Assembly: GCA_038887515.1 (NCBI GenBank)
Contig: JAWAKK010000001.1
Coordinates: 256,001-320,000, forward strand
Length of the DNA: 64,000 nt
Direction: 5' to 3'
Origin: Candidatus Nezhaarchaeales archaeon
Lineage (GTDB): Archaea > Thermoproteota > Methanomethylicia > Nezhaarchaeales > WYZ-LMO8
Positions within the stretch are counted from its first letter, which is position 1; each line of letters opens with the position of its first letter. The translations under genes were made by a program, and so were the position numbers. This document shows, in pieces, positions 40,647 to 50,951 of this stretch. A model generated the notes under the pieces. The model ran no database searches and was not told the DNA's origin. It saw only the letters and a program-made list of their open reading frames with translations.

Positions 40647-41528
40647 GTGGTAATGCTCATGTACGAGGTTTTAGCTCTCCGCCAGCTTGCGCCAAACATA
40701 AAGGAAATGGACGTTTATGCACCAAAGATAGCTCGCTATGCTAAGCCTGGGCAGTTCGTGATAGTGATGGCATGCGGGGAGGGCGAAAGGATACCGCTAA
40801 CGCTCGTTGACTGGGATGGTAATGAAGGATGGATCAGGATGGTGTTCTCAGAAGTTGGAGCTTCAACCCACATCCTCGGCCAGAAAAATGTTGGAGACAA
40901 GCTCTATTGCGTATTAGGACCTCTTGGGAACCCAACTCGCGTAGGCAGGTTTGGGGCAATAGCTGTAGTTGCTGGCGGCGTAGCTGTTTCGGCTGCGTAT
41001 CCAGTTGCTAGAGCATTCAAAGCTGAAGGAAATAAGGTACTTGCATTCTTAGGTGCAAGGAGCTCTAATCTACTTATATATGTGGATAAGCTTGCCACGG
41101 TGAGCGATGAAATTCATATATCTACAGATGATGGTAGCTTAGGTTTCAGTGGTTTCGTAACTCAGCTATTGGAGGCCACCATAATGAAGGGTCTTAGACC
41201 CGATCTTATATGGACCGTAGGTCCAGCTCACATGATGAAGGCCTGCAGTGATGTGGCTAAGAAATGGAACTTAAAGGCTATCGCTAGCCTAAACCCCATA
41301 ATGGTCTGCGGCATAGGTATGTGTGGAGCATGTAGAGTGAAAGTTGACGGTACCATAAGATTTACATGCGTTGAAGGTCCTGAATTTGACGCCACGAAAG
41401 TCGACTGGGACGAGTTAATACAGAGGCTTTCTATGTATCGTGAAGAAGAGAAGTTAGCTTTAAGCTCCATCTTAACTAAAGAGCAGAGACTCTACATGGC
41501 AGAGAGGGACTTGAAGTGGTTAAGGTGA
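40647..41528 (+). CDS. sudB: NfnA/SudB small subunit of electron-bifurcating transhydrogenase
   Basis: AKPGQFV, GERIPLT and MVCGIGMCGACRV..CVEGPEF motifs; likely ATG at 40659. Confidence 0.9.
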   Translation: MVMLMYEVLALRQLAPNIKEMDVYAPKIARYAKPGQFVIVMACGEGERIPLTLVDWDGNEGWIRMVFSEVGASTHILGQKNVGDKLYCVLGPLGNPTRVGRFGAIAVVAGGVAVSAAYPVARAFKAEGNKVLAFLGARSSNLLIYVDKLATVSDEIHISTDDGSLGFSGFVTQLLEATIMKGLRPDLIWTVGPAHMMKACSDVAKKWNLKAIASLNPIMVCGIGMCGACRVKVDGTIRFTCVEGPEFDATKVDWDELIQRLSMYREEEKLALSSILTKEQRLYMAERDLKWLR

Positions 41529-42880
41529 AGCCCCGTGTCCCTGTACCTAAAAGGCCTCCTCATGAAAGAGTCAAAGACTTCAATGAAGTAGTATTAGGCT
41601 ACTCAGAGAAGGAGGCTTTAGAAGAAGCTTCTAGATGCCTACAGTGTCTAGAGAAGCCATGCGCGAGCGGTTGTCCTGTAGGTATAGATATTCCCAGATT
41701 TATAAGGTTCATAAGGGAGAGGATGTATGAAGAAGCTTACAGGGTTATTAAGGAAAAATGTCCAATACCAGCAATAACTGGAAGGGTTTGCCCTCAAGAA
41801 AAACAATGTGAAAAGACTTGTACGCTTGCTAAGTTCGGTCAGCCAATAGCCATTGGTGCGCTTGAGAGGTTCGTAGCAGACTGGGCTAGAGAAGAATCCT
41901 TAGAAGTAGATAAGCCCCCTAAAAGTTGCGGTCATAGAAGAGTGGCAATTATAGGTTCCGGACCTGCTGGAATTGTCGCGGCATTCGATCTTTCTAAAAT
42001 GGGCCATCAAGTAGTAGTCTTCGAGGCGCTACATAAGCCTGGTGGGGTTTTAGTCTACGGTATCCCGGAGTATAGGTTACCGAAGAAGATAGTTGAAGAA
42101 GAGATTGAGAATCTCAAGGCTTTAGGGGTTGATATAGAAACATGCGTCTTCGTAGGTAAGACGACTACCATTTACGATTTACTAGAAGAGTTCGATGCGA
42201 TATTCATAGGAACGGGTGCGGGAGTTCCAAAAATGCTTGGTATACCGGGTGAATGTCTCAGCTATGTTTACACGGCTAACGAATATTTAACGAGGGTAAA
42301 CCTGATGAAGGCCTACCTTTTCCCAGAACATCATACGCCCATTTGCAGGGGTAGAGTGGTAGCAGTGATAGGTGGAGGAAATACGGCAATGGATGTGGCT
42401 AGGACGGCAATAAGGCTTGGAGCTGAGAGGACCCTCGTTCTCTACAGGAGGACGAGGGTGGAAATGCCTGCTCGAGCTGACGAAGTTGTTAATGCCGAAG
42501 AGGAAGGAGTCGACTTTATGTTTCTCGTACAGCCAATAGAGTTCGTAGGAAGCTCAAAAGTTGAAAAAATAAAACTAGTGAAGGTCGCCGTCGAGGAAAA
42601 CAATAGGGTTAAGTTCGCGCCTGCATGTGAGATTATGAACTTAAGCGTAGACATGGTTGTGGAGGCCGTGGGCTTCTATCCCAACGCTTCAATAACGGCA
42701 ACTACTCCAGAAATTAAGACCGACCAGTACGGCAAAATAATCGTTGATGCTTGCGGGAGGACCATGTTGCCCAGAGTATACGCGGGAGGCGATGTGGTTA
42801 CGGGTGCTGGGACGGTCATAGAAGCTATGAGATGGGGCAGGTTAGTCGCACGAACTATTTGTAACGATCTCAGTAACTAG
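41516..42880 (+). CDS. sudA: NfnB/SudA (GltD-like) large subunit
   Basis: EASRCLQC..CPVGIDIP, GRVCPQEKQCE, GSGPAG and GGGNTAMD motifs. Confidence 0.92.
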   Translation: MVKVKPRVPVPKRPPHERVKDFNEVVLGYSEKEALEEASRCLQCLEKPCASGCPVGIDIPRFIRFIRERMYEEAYRVIKEKCPIPAITGRVCPQEKQCEKTCTLAKFGQPIAIGALERFVADWAREESLEVDKPPKSCGHRRVAIIGSGPAGIVAAFDLSKMGHQVVVFEALHKPGGVLVYGIPEYRLPKKIVEEEIENLKALGVDIETCVFVGKTTTIYDLLEEFDAIFIGTGAGVPKMLGIPGECLSYVYTANEYLTRVNLMKAYLFPEHHTPICRGRVVAVIGGGNTAMDVARTAIRLGAERTLVLYRRTRVEMPARADEVVNAEEEGVDFMFLVQPIEFVGSSKVEKIKLVKVAVEENNRVKFAPACEIMNLSVDMVVEAVGFYPNASITATTPEIKTDQYGKIIVDACGRTMLPRVYAGGDVVTGAGTVIEAMRWGRLVARTICNDLSN

Positions 42881-42908
42881 GTATTAAAGCGAAACTTCAG
42901 GCAATGAA

Positions 42909-44039
42909 TTAAGGGTTTACCCTGCCGCCTTGAGAAGTCCTACTATGCTCTGCTACTTGCTCTTTCAGCTTCTCTCTTACTTGTTCTCTTATCTGCTCTA
43001 CTTGCTTGTCTAAATTCTTGAGTTCCTCACCTAGTTTTGCAGACACGCGCCCTTTAATTATGGTCGACATCACGTCTAGAGTTCTGTTGGTCTGTTCCAT
43101 TATCAATTCATCTAAATCTTCTCTTGACGGTTCTTTAAGCGTCTTCAATCTGAGGATCACGGTTATATGCATTTCAATGGCTTTATCAATAGCCTCAACG
43201 GCTTTTGAGGAAGCGTTGGTATAGCTGATTAAGTAATCCCTTATCTCCTTTAACCTTTCGACACTGGCATTTATCCTGCTTATTGCAATGTCAACGCCGT
43301 ATCTGGTTTCGTTTCTCACTTGGTTAAGCCAAGTGAGCATAAGCTTAAGTTTTTGTGGAATTATTACATCAGTGACCTTGGAAGAAGAAACCTCACCCAT
43401 ATTTCTGCTCACGTTAGTTACAAATTCTCTGACTGTCGCCTCTACCTGTATTGTAAGTTCCCTCACTTTACTTGCATTCAAATGTTGTTCACGTAAAAGT
43501 GATACGCATTCCCTAATCCTAATCTTTAGCTTTAGCGGAACCGTTACATTGAGGTCTTCTGTCGCATTAATGATGTTCTCAATCCTCTCTAAGATCTTTA
43601 AACATAGTGTAGCGTTAGCTCTAGCCCTAGCTTCATTGATGTAGTTTTGATCTAGCCTTATTTGGCTAAGTACGAAGCGCAGTACTGGGTTTAGGCAATT
43701 CATCGCATCCAAAGCCTTCAGTACAGCGGTAGCGTAATCACCATCTTCTATAAGTTTCTGGGCTTCGTTAACCTCTTGGAGCGCTTTAGATAAGCTATTA
43801 TTCAAGCCTATAGGCAGGGCTATATTAAATCCTTCTATTATACTGGTTATTCTATTGTAAAGGCTGGTCGACATTTCGATTAGAGCTTTAGCTTTACTAT
43901 AATCTGCTTCAGGTTCGGCGTTCACAGTCTCTGAAGGACCTTGGGCGCCAACCGCTGATGCGCTCACTCCAATAATTATAAATGGTAGGAGCAACGCCAC
44001 TAATTTATTCTTGAGAGTTAATGCCATCTTGCTCACCAC
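42909..44039 (-). CDS. Secreted helical/coiled-coil protein
   Basis: Signal-peptide-like N-terminus; many NxS/T sequons. Confidence 0.65.
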   Translation of the reverse strand: MVSKMALTLKNKLVALLLPFIIIGVSASAVGAQGPSETVNAEPEADYSKAKALIEMSTSLYNRITSIIEGFNIALPIGLNNSLSKALQEVNEAQKLIEDGDYATAVLKALDAMNCLNPVLRFVLSQIRLDQNYINEARARANATLCLKILERIENIINATEDLNVTVPLKLKIRIRECVSLLREQHLNASKVRELTIQVEATVREFVTNVSRNMGEVSSSKVTDVIIPQKLKLMLTWLNQVRNETRYGVDIAISRINASVERLKEIRDYLISYTNASSKAVEAIDKAIEMHITVILRLKTLKEPSREDLDELIMEQTNRTLDVMSTIIKGRVSAKLGEELKNLDKQVEQIREQVREKLKEQVAEHSRTSQGGRVNP

Positions 44040-44078
44040 AAATTTAGGCGCCTACCATCCCTATAACATATACCTTCG

Positions 44079-44091
44079 TGGAACGGTTCCA
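44079..44091. promoter_or_regulatory. Palindrome TGGAAC-G-GTTCCA in a divergent promoter region
   Basis: Perfect 6-bp arms. Confidence 0.35.
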
Positions 44092-44199
44092 TGGATCTGA
44101 CAAAGGTAAAAGTACGAACACCAAAAAGTACGGTTTGCTTTGTCTATGAGGTTTTAGCATCGCTTATAAGTTGCCTTCTAAAAGCATTTAATTGATGAG

Positions 44200-45026
44200 T
44201 TGGACGAAATGATAGAAATCGTAAAGTTGGGGTCTGTCAGTAATGTAGCTTTAATCTACATAAAGGACTACATCTACAACATTATAGACTCCTTCAGTCT
44301 TGACCCTCGAAATCTTAGGCTAGTAATCGTGGAGTCAAGAGAGCACCTAGACAACTTCTTAGTCGAGTTACTTGGAAGAGATAGTCCTCCAGTTCAGCTT
44401 TTTGGCTCGGTCTCGCATATTTATGTGTGCGGAAAGCCTACAATCTTCATAGTAGCGTCGGAGCTCTACGATAAGGATGAATCTGTAGTCAAAGGTGAGC
44501 TTCTAATAGCTTTAGCTCACGCCAAACTCCATAGCTCTGAAGAATATTACATTGTACGCTTCCCAAAGAAAATTCAAAAACTTTTAGAGTATGGAGCACC
44601 TAAAGCCTTGCAACAACTACGTTACACCTTATAGCTTCAGGAGTTAAGGGATATGAAGCTACGAGCCTAGTAGTAGAGAAAGGTTATCTTAAAGAGATGG
44701 AGGGAGTGTACAGTTTTCATTTGAAGATAACGCCTGAAGAGAAGCTTTTGTGGATTACGGCCGAAGGCAGCCTTCAAGCACAAGCCCTCTTAACACTAAA
44801 TTAGTTTAAAATACTTGCAAACGCCTTGCCAGTTTATCGCTCCACATTAGATAGCGGATTTAAAGAATTATTTGAGCAGAACCTTAACATGATACCACTC
44901 GAGCTTAGACCAGCTGTAGAGGAAACTCTCTTTAACATACTGCCTCAGGAGTATGCAGCAACTTTAGATAAAGTAGAGTCTTGCGTAGGAGCACTAATCG
45001 ACGTTATTTATAGGGCTTTACTATGA
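44200..45026 (+). pseudogene. Hypothetical protein with a frameshift and an in-frame TAG
   Basis: One extra base near 44606 continues the frame (LATTTLHLIASGVKGYE...) to TAG 44802-44804, which is in frame with ORF 44826..45026. Confidence 0.6.
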
Positions 45027-45113
45027 GGCAGAGCAGGGTATATTGCTAATAATTGGGACTCTTCGAGGTATTTTGGCAAATTTTAAATATTCATTACGGA
45101 TATCCCCTATTTC

Positions 45114-45623
45114 ATGGTAGTTGCGGAAATCTTTGGTAAAACTCCCGCCTTATCAAAGAGTTGCTTTGTGCATGAATTAGCCTTTGTAGGAGGGAGCGTG
45201 GAGCTAGGGGAATTTTCAAGCGTCTGGCCTTATGCTGTGTTAAGAGGCGATTATGAAAGAATAGTTGTAGGGCGAGAAAGCAATATTCAAGACGGAGTGG
45301 TAGTACATGCCGACCCAGGGTATCCAACTATCATAGGCGACAGGGTCACCGTAGGGCATAGAGCTGTCGTACATGGAGCTGTGATAGGTTCTAATACTTT
45401 AATAGGCATTGGAGCTGTTGTGCTAAACGGCGCTAAAATCGGGGAGTGGTGCATAATAGGTGCAGGAGCAGTAGTTACTGAAGGAGCGACAATACCAAGC
45501 GGCAGCATAGCTCTAGGCGTACCAGCTAAAGTAATTAGAACCGTTACGGACAAGGATAAAGAACTGATAAAGGCGGCAGCAGAGGATTACGTCGCGAGGA
45601 CGAAGAAAATGCTTGGCCTATAG
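45114..45623 (+). CDS. Gamma carbonic anhydrase family (YrdA/CaiE)
   Basis: VLRGD, SNIQDGVVVH and VGHRAVVHG motifs. Confidence 0.92.
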   Translation: MVVAEIFGKTPALSKSCFVHELAFVGGSVELGEFSSVWPYAVLRGDYERIVVGRESNIQDGVVVHADPGYPTIIGDRVTVGHRAVVHGAVIGSNTLIGIGAVVLNGAKIGEWCIIGAGAVVTEGATIPSGSIALGVPAKVIRTVTDKDKELIKAAAEDYVARTKKMLGL

Positions 45624-45648
45624 AGAGCCTAAGCGAGTAAGGCTAACG

Positions 45649-46185
45649 CTATTCGTCTAAAAGGACTTGATATACTTCGTCTATGAGCTTCTCTAATGCT
45701 TGGAGGGGTTCATATTTTTCTTCAAAGACGAGCTGATGTAGTCGGCTATAATGAAACTTCAGCTCCCAATAGTAGCTTTCAATAGTGCTCCATGGAGGCT
45801 CTGTGGGTTCTCCAACACCGACGCCTTTACAACATCCATCGAGATTTATGGAGTCCATCCTACTAGGGCTCTGCGGAACGTAGGGGTAGAGTCTACACTT
45901 CATAGGCCTAGCAGGATATATTGTACACTTGGGTAGCTCAGAGACTTCTAGGAACGCGCACAGGCCACCTATACTTTGAAGTACAGGTATGGCAACCATA
46001 TCTGCAATGATTGCCTTTATATACTTACCTCTTAAGTCCCTCCAATGTATCCCCATGAACTTAGCTATTCTACAAATGTCGAATGCTGTTAAACTAACGT
46101 TTGGCCCGTGACAACACCTCCCGCATCGAAGACACGTGACTCGGGCCTTCTCCCCGCGAGCCACTTTAATGTATTCATGCAACAT
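45649..46185 (-). CDS. YkgJ/UPF0153 cysteine-cluster protein
   Basis: CLRCGRCC, CAFL and CTIYPARPMKCRLYP motifs. Confidence 0.88.
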   Translation of the reverse strand: MLHEYIKVARGEKARVTCLRCGRCCHGPNVSLTAFDICRIAKFMGIHWRDLRGKYIKAIIADMVAIPVLQSIGGLCAFLEVSELPKCTIYPARPMKCRLYPYVPQSPSRMDSINLDGCCKGVGVGEPTEPPWSTIESYYWELKFHYSRLHQLVFEEKYEPLQALEKLIDEVYQVLLDE

Positions 46186-46308
46186 AGTTATTACCTGAAG
46201 CCTCGGTAGGCGTTACATGTTTAATAATCTTGCTATAAAAATTCAGTACGATTGTAGGGAAAGACTTAAAGGCAAATACTGCAACTGTGCTCAGGAAGTT
46301 GTTTCGTC

Positions 46309-47601
46309 ATGAAACGCGCGAAGTTACTCTGTCTAGGAGGATGCAAAGAAGTAGGTAGGTCAGCATATCTTCTTAGTGTAGGGGGCATGAACTTACTCTT
46401 TGACTACGGAGTCTTGCTGGATGATACGCCTCTCTTTCCCATGCACGTGAGCCCTAGCTCAATCGATGCCGTATTATTAACGCATCCTCACCTAGATCAC
46501 TCGGGCCTACTGCCTCTGCTTTTCTCGTCGAGGATAAGCCCCCCAGCTTACACCACTCAGCTTAATGTTGAAGTTTTAGAATACTTAGTCTTAGACATGA
46601 TGAAGCTATCAGGAAGCTTTCTACCTTACGAGGCTGAAGAACTATATAAAGCTATGAATGACTTTACAGCGGTGCGCTACGGAGAGGATTTTGAAGTTGG
46701 TGGAGTTGCCATAAAGGCTCTTAATGCAGGACATGTCCCTGGGAGTTGCATGTTCTCCTTAGAGTCAAAAACAAGTAAATTCAGGGCTCTATACACCGGC
46801 GACTTCAATACTATTGAGACCAAGCTAGTGAATCCAGCGGATACCGATAACTTATCGTTTGAGTCGCCAATCGACCTATTGATAGTAGAATCCACTTACG
46901 GTAATAGGTCTCATGAAGATCGAAAGATCACAGAGAAAAACTTTGTTGAATTAGTCGTTGAGTATATTGAGGGCGGAGGAGTAGTATTGATACCTGCCTT
47001 CGCTTACGGTAGAGCACAAGAAATATTGTGCGTCCTATACAAGTATCTGGATGACTTAACGGTATACTTAGACGGAATGGCAAAACATGTGTCTATAGAA
47101 TTGCTGAACTTCAAGGAGTTTTTGAGAGATGCCCAGCTCTACAAAAAAGCTCTTAGCAGGGCAAGGCTCATTAGAGGACCCAGAGATAGGAAGAAACTCC
47201 TTAAAACTGGCGGTGTTGTCATAAGCCCCTCAGGTATGCTAAAAGGAGGCCCTTCACGCTTCTATGCAAAGCACTTGTCTGAAAGAAGTGATAGCGCAAT
47301 TTTCTTAGTAAGCTATCAAATCCTGGATACGCCAGGCGATTACCTACTTAAGTACGGTAAGTTAGATCCTGAATCAGAAAAGGTTAAGTGTAATGTAGAG
47401 TGGTTCGACTTCTCATCTCATGCGGGTAGAGACGAGCTCCTAAACTTCATAATGAAAGTAGCTGACGCTTCTGGGGGGAAGACAAAAGTAGTATTAGTTC
47501 ATGGAGAAGAACAAGCGGTCTTAGCGTTGGTGGAAGAGCTTAAAAGTAGGGGTATCGATGTTGTGGCTCCAAGTAACGGCGATCTACTAACGTTTGACTA
47601 A
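46309..47601 (+). CDS. MBL/beta-CASP ribonuclease (aCPSF2-like)
   Basis: EVGRS, THPHLDHSG, AGHVPG, ESTYG, FSSHAG and VHGE motifs; no KH domains. Confidence 0.9.
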   Translation: MKRAKLLCLGGCKEVGRSAYLLSVGGMNLLFDYGVLLDDTPLFPMHVSPSSIDAVLLTHPHLDHSGLLPLLFSSRISPPAYTTQLNVEVLEYLVLDMMKLSGSFLPYEAEELYKAMNDFTAVRYGEDFEVGGVAIKALNAGHVPGSCMFSLESKTSKFRALYTGDFNTIETKLVNPADTDNLSFESPIDLLIVESTYGNRSHEDRKITEKNFVELVVEYIEGGGVVLIPAFAYGRAQEILCVLYKYLDDLTVYLDGMAKHVSIELLNFKEFLRDAQLYKKALSRARLIRGPRDRKKLLKTGGVVISPSGMLKGGPSRFYAKHLSERSDSAIFLVSYQILDTPGDYLLKYGKLDPESEKVKCNVEWFDFSSHAGRDELLNFIMKVADASGGKTKVVLVHGEEQAVLALVEELKSRGIDVVAPSNGDLLTFD

Positions 47602-47776
47602 GTAAGCCTGCGGAGTGAGAAGTTACCGCAGTACAATGTACGTCGAGTCTAGTAATTTTTAACTGCATTCTTGAGGGCGTTAAAACCTCGACTTTTAACT
47701 ACCAAGCTCTAGGGCTATAATTAAGGCTTCGCCACTATTGGCATCAACATAATCCTTAATATCTCGCATCTCTAGA

Positions 47777-48277
47777 GTGTCTCTGGTGAGATCTATGGTC
47801 AACATATTGATTGTTTATTACTCAAGGACGGGGAACACTAAAGCTATGGCCGAGGAAGTTGCACGAGGTGCTAGAGATGCTGGAGCCGACGTTAAGCTTA
47901 AATCAGTTGACGAAGCAAGCTTAGATGACTTATTATGGGCTCATGGAATAATAGTTGGCAGCCCATCCTACTTTGGTCTCCCCGCAGCTCCAATAAAGAA
48001 GTTCATAGACGACTCGGTGAAAGTTAGGGGGAAGCTTGAGGGTAAAGTTGGAGCTGCCTTCTCTTCGTCGTACCATAGAGCTGGTGGCAGAGAAACTACG
48101 ATGCTGGCGATACTTCAAGCGATGTTGATACATGGCATGATAGTATGTGGAGATCCAATAGTGACTGGAGGACATTATGGTGCTGCGGCTAATGGAAAGC
48201 CAGATGAACAGGCTAAAAGGGAGTGCTACGAACTTGGCCTTAGGGTAGCTAAGATAGCTCAGAAGCTACTTACATAA
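47777..48277 (+). CDS. Flavodoxin/WrbA-family NAD(P)H oxidoreductase
   Basis: YYSRTGNT, GSPSYFG and GGRETT motifs. Confidence 0.88.
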   Translation: MSLVRSMVNILIVYYSRTGNTKAMAEEVARGARDAGADVKLKSVDEASLDDLLWAHGIIVGSPSYFGLPAAPIKKFIDDSVKVRGKLEGKVGAAFSSSYHRAGGRETTMLAILQAMLIHGMIVCGDPIVTGGHYGAAANGKPDEQAKRECYELGLRVAKIAQKLLT

Positions 48278-48440
48278 CATTCGCATTTCACCTCTCCTAT
48301 ATTTTTTATGGAATTCTAAGAACTCAATTCCCTCCAATTGCTGTAGCGAGCCATATGGTCACTATTTTGTAGTAAAGGGAATTTTTTCCTTTGAAGAGAC
48401 CTTAAAATACATTGCAACGCCTAAACTTATAAGGTGAATT

Positions 48441-49256
48441 GTGCTGAAAGACGTAAGAACCTTAGTCGATGAATTATGCAAGAAACTTAAAGAGAAGGGT
48501 AGCGTGCTGGTGGCTTTTTCAGGAGGTCTTGATAGCTCGGTCGTTGCTTGCTTAGCTCATCGAGCCCTCGGCAGTAAAGCTATAGCAGTTACGATAGATT
48601 CCCCTCTTCTTCCACCAGGAGAACTCGAGGATGCCCTCAAAACTGCGAGATTAATAGGCATAAGACACAAGGTTATCAAGCTTAACGAACTTGAGTTACC
48701 CGGTTTCTCTAGAAACCCTAGGGAGAGATGCTATCTGTGCAAGAAGTTCCGCTTTAAGAAGCTTAAGGAGATGGCCCTTCAAGAAGGGATCAACGTCTTA
48801 GTTGATGGGACGAATAAAAGCGATGCTTTAGAGTATAGGCCTGGACTAAAGGCGGCATTGGAAGAAGGGATATATAGTCCTCTTCTTGAAGCCGGCTTAA
48901 CTAAGAACGATGTACTCAGGATTGCAATATACCTTAAACTTCCGCTCCACAATAAGCCATCAAATACTTGCTTAGCAACGAGAATCCCGTATGGACAAGA
49001 AATAACTATCGAAAGGCTGATGCGTATAGGTCTTGCTGAGAAGGTTATAAAGGAGATATTAAACTTACGAATCGTACGTGTAAGGGATCATGGAGACTTG
49101 GCCAGGATAGAGGTTGATCCTACTGAGAGGAGGTTCTTCTTCAATGAGACTGCGTTAGACCTTGTAGTCACCGAGCTTAGAAAACTTGGCTTTAGGTTTG
49201 TAACTCTAGATTTAGAAGGATACAAAAAAGGTTGCTTTGATACTTTAAACCATTAA
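48441..49256 (+). CDS. larE: ATP-dependent sulfur transferase LarE family
   Basis: FSGGLDSS, RCYLCK, DGTN, YRPG, CLATRIPYG and RVRDHG motifs. Confidence 0.9.
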   Translation: MLKDVRTLVDELCKKLKEKGSVLVAFSGGLDSSVVACLAHRALGSKAIAVTIDSPLLPPGELEDALKTARLIGIRHKVIKLNELELPGFSRNPRERCYLCKKFRFKKLKEMALQEGINVLVDGTNKSDALEYRPGLKAALEEGIYSPLLEAGLTKNDVLRIAIYLKLPLHNKPSNTCLATRIPYGQEITIERLMRIGLAEKVIKEILNLRIVRVRDHGDLARIEVDPTERRFFFNETALDLVVTELRKLGFRFVTLDLEGYKKGCFDTLNH

Positions 49257-49285
49257 TGAGAGGCCCTAAAGTCGCATAGTCTTCG

Positions 49286-49909
49286 TCACATGATCCTCGT
49301 TAACACTAGTACCACCCATGTGGGTATCGCTATTACACTCCATATAACTGGATTCCACTTAATGACTTTTGACCCATCAAATGGCGGTAACGGAATTAAG
49401 TTAAAAGCTGCAAGCCACAGGTTGACCGTAAAGCCCATTTTCGATACCACAGTTAAAAACCAGTTAACTTGTATATTTGACATCAAGTAGAAAACGAAAG
49501 CTAAGATCATATTCGCAATAGGCCCTGAAAGCGATATTAACCCGTAGATCTTCTGCATTTGTTTAGCTGAAACGTAGGGTGAAAGAGTCATCGGGGTTAT
49601 GTAGACGGCCCCTGGAGCAGCAAATACAAATTCTCCTCTTGAAGCGAAGGACAATATCAAAGCTAAGGCTAGCGCCCACAGCCACATCCTATATTCAGCG
49701 AAACATCCAAATTTTCTGGCAACAGATCTATGCATTAACTCGTGAAACAAGAAGCCCAAGCCTACAGCTATGAGGGAAGCGGAGAACAGTATGGCGAAGA
49801 GCATAATCTCGTACCAGACCCAATAGATCGAGAAACATAGACTTATGACAATCCAAGAAACGATGAGTTCTACAACTTCCTTCTTGGTAAAGGCCGACGC
49901 TTTATACAA
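49286..49909 (-). CDS. Site-2 protease (M50) family
   Basis: HELMH, AAPGAV, SGPIAN and FNLIPLPPFDG motifs. Confidence 0.9.
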   Translation of the reverse strand: MYKASAFTKKEVVELIVSWIVISLCFSIYWVWYEIMLFAILFSASLIAVGLGFLFHELMHRSVARKFGCFAEYRMWLWALALALILSFASRGEFVFAAPGAVYITPMTLSPYVSAKQMQKIYGLISLSGPIANMILAFVFYLMSNIQVNWFLTVVSKMGFTVNLWLAAFNLIPLPPFDGSKVIKWNPVIWSVIAIPTWVVLVLTRIM

Positions 49910-50236
49910 TACCTATCCCTCGTGGGAGACCGTCCTTGCATTTATGTAGCATGGAAGTAATTAAGATTTTTTCGGCGTAATACTATTGGTCTCTTCTCTC
50001 TTTAATTAAGTAACTCTTCGTTCTACTGATGTTTTATAAAATTCGATTATCAAGCTGAACATTCAAGGTAAATGTTATAGATCTTTTAAAGATTTGCAAG
50101 ATGTTTTATAAAATTACGTCGTGATAAGGCGACTTAAGTGTTTTGATCTTTTAATACGCCATGCTCAGGCAAGCTAGGCATTATTCGGTAGCTTTTTCAC
50201 TATAAGTGGATATAAGTATTTAATTGTGAGAGCAAT

Positions 50237-50944
50237 ATGGTCTTACTAAGTACTGGCTTTATAATAGCCGGCGCTTATGCAGATAAGGTTAGGAAGACGC
50301 TTTTCGCTCAGCTTCGAGAGCAGATAAAGAGGGGGGAAGTTTCCTCACAGGAAGTTGCTAGAGCTGTAGCCGAGCTAAATAGAGTTCTATACCATGTATT
50401 GGTTGAGAAGCTAAAATCAGGTAAAGGCGATGTCGTAAGGGCTAGAATAGACTATGAGGTCGAGGGAGGAAGGATTAGGTGGAAGTACGACTCTCTCTTC
50501 CTCGAAGTTTTCAAGAGGGTACCAGATGAAGTGGTTCAGGGAATTGTTAAAGAGACTGTAGCGGAAATAGATAAACTACTTGAGAGAGCCATAGCCTATA
50601 ATGTAGAGAAGGTCGCTGTAACATCTTATGGCGACCATCTCTATAGAGTTAAGATACATGACAAAGTTGTTGGGGCGCTTACTGTAACCGTCGTAGATAA
50701 CGAACTCGCCATAGTACGTGGGGCGGTCTTGGAGCCAACGCCGATAGTTATTGAGAAGGGTAAGGTACCCCTAGAGGGGAAGGATGTCGACGAAGCCGTT
50801 ACGGCCAATTTAACTAATCTTATTAGGCAAGCTAGAAACGTCGAAACTTCAGAAGCCGAGAGGGCTATTAAAGGCATTGAAGCAATAATTGAAAGTGAGA
50901 TCAGGGAAGAAAAAGTATTGCCGGAAGAAGAAGAGACTTACTAA
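50237..50944 (+). CDS. DUF2258 / ThermoDBP-related nucleic-acid-binding protein (long form)
   Basis: STGFIIAGAYADKVRKTLFAQ, AELN and KGDVVR motifs. Confidence 0.8.
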   Translation: MVLLSTGFIIAGAYADKVRKTLFAQLREQIKRGEVSSQEVARAVAELNRVLYHVLVEKLKSGKGDVVRARIDYEVEGGRIRWKYDSLFLEVFKRVPDEVVQGIVKETVAEIDKLLERAIAYNVEKVAVTSYGDHLYRVKIHDKVVGALTVTVVDNELAIVRGAVLEPTPIVIEKGKVPLEGKDVDEAVTANLTNLIRQARNVETSEAERAIKGIEAIIESEIREEKVLPEEEETY

Positions 50945-50951
50945 TTTTCTT

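Noticed and set aside
41516-42880. Glutamate synthase small subunit call
   Set aside because: It is coupled to a SudB/NfnA gene and no gltB is adjacent.
47608-47631. CTGCGG/CCGCAG hairpin after the beta-CASP gene
   Set aside because: Too short to call as an ncRNA, and no U-tract adjoins it.
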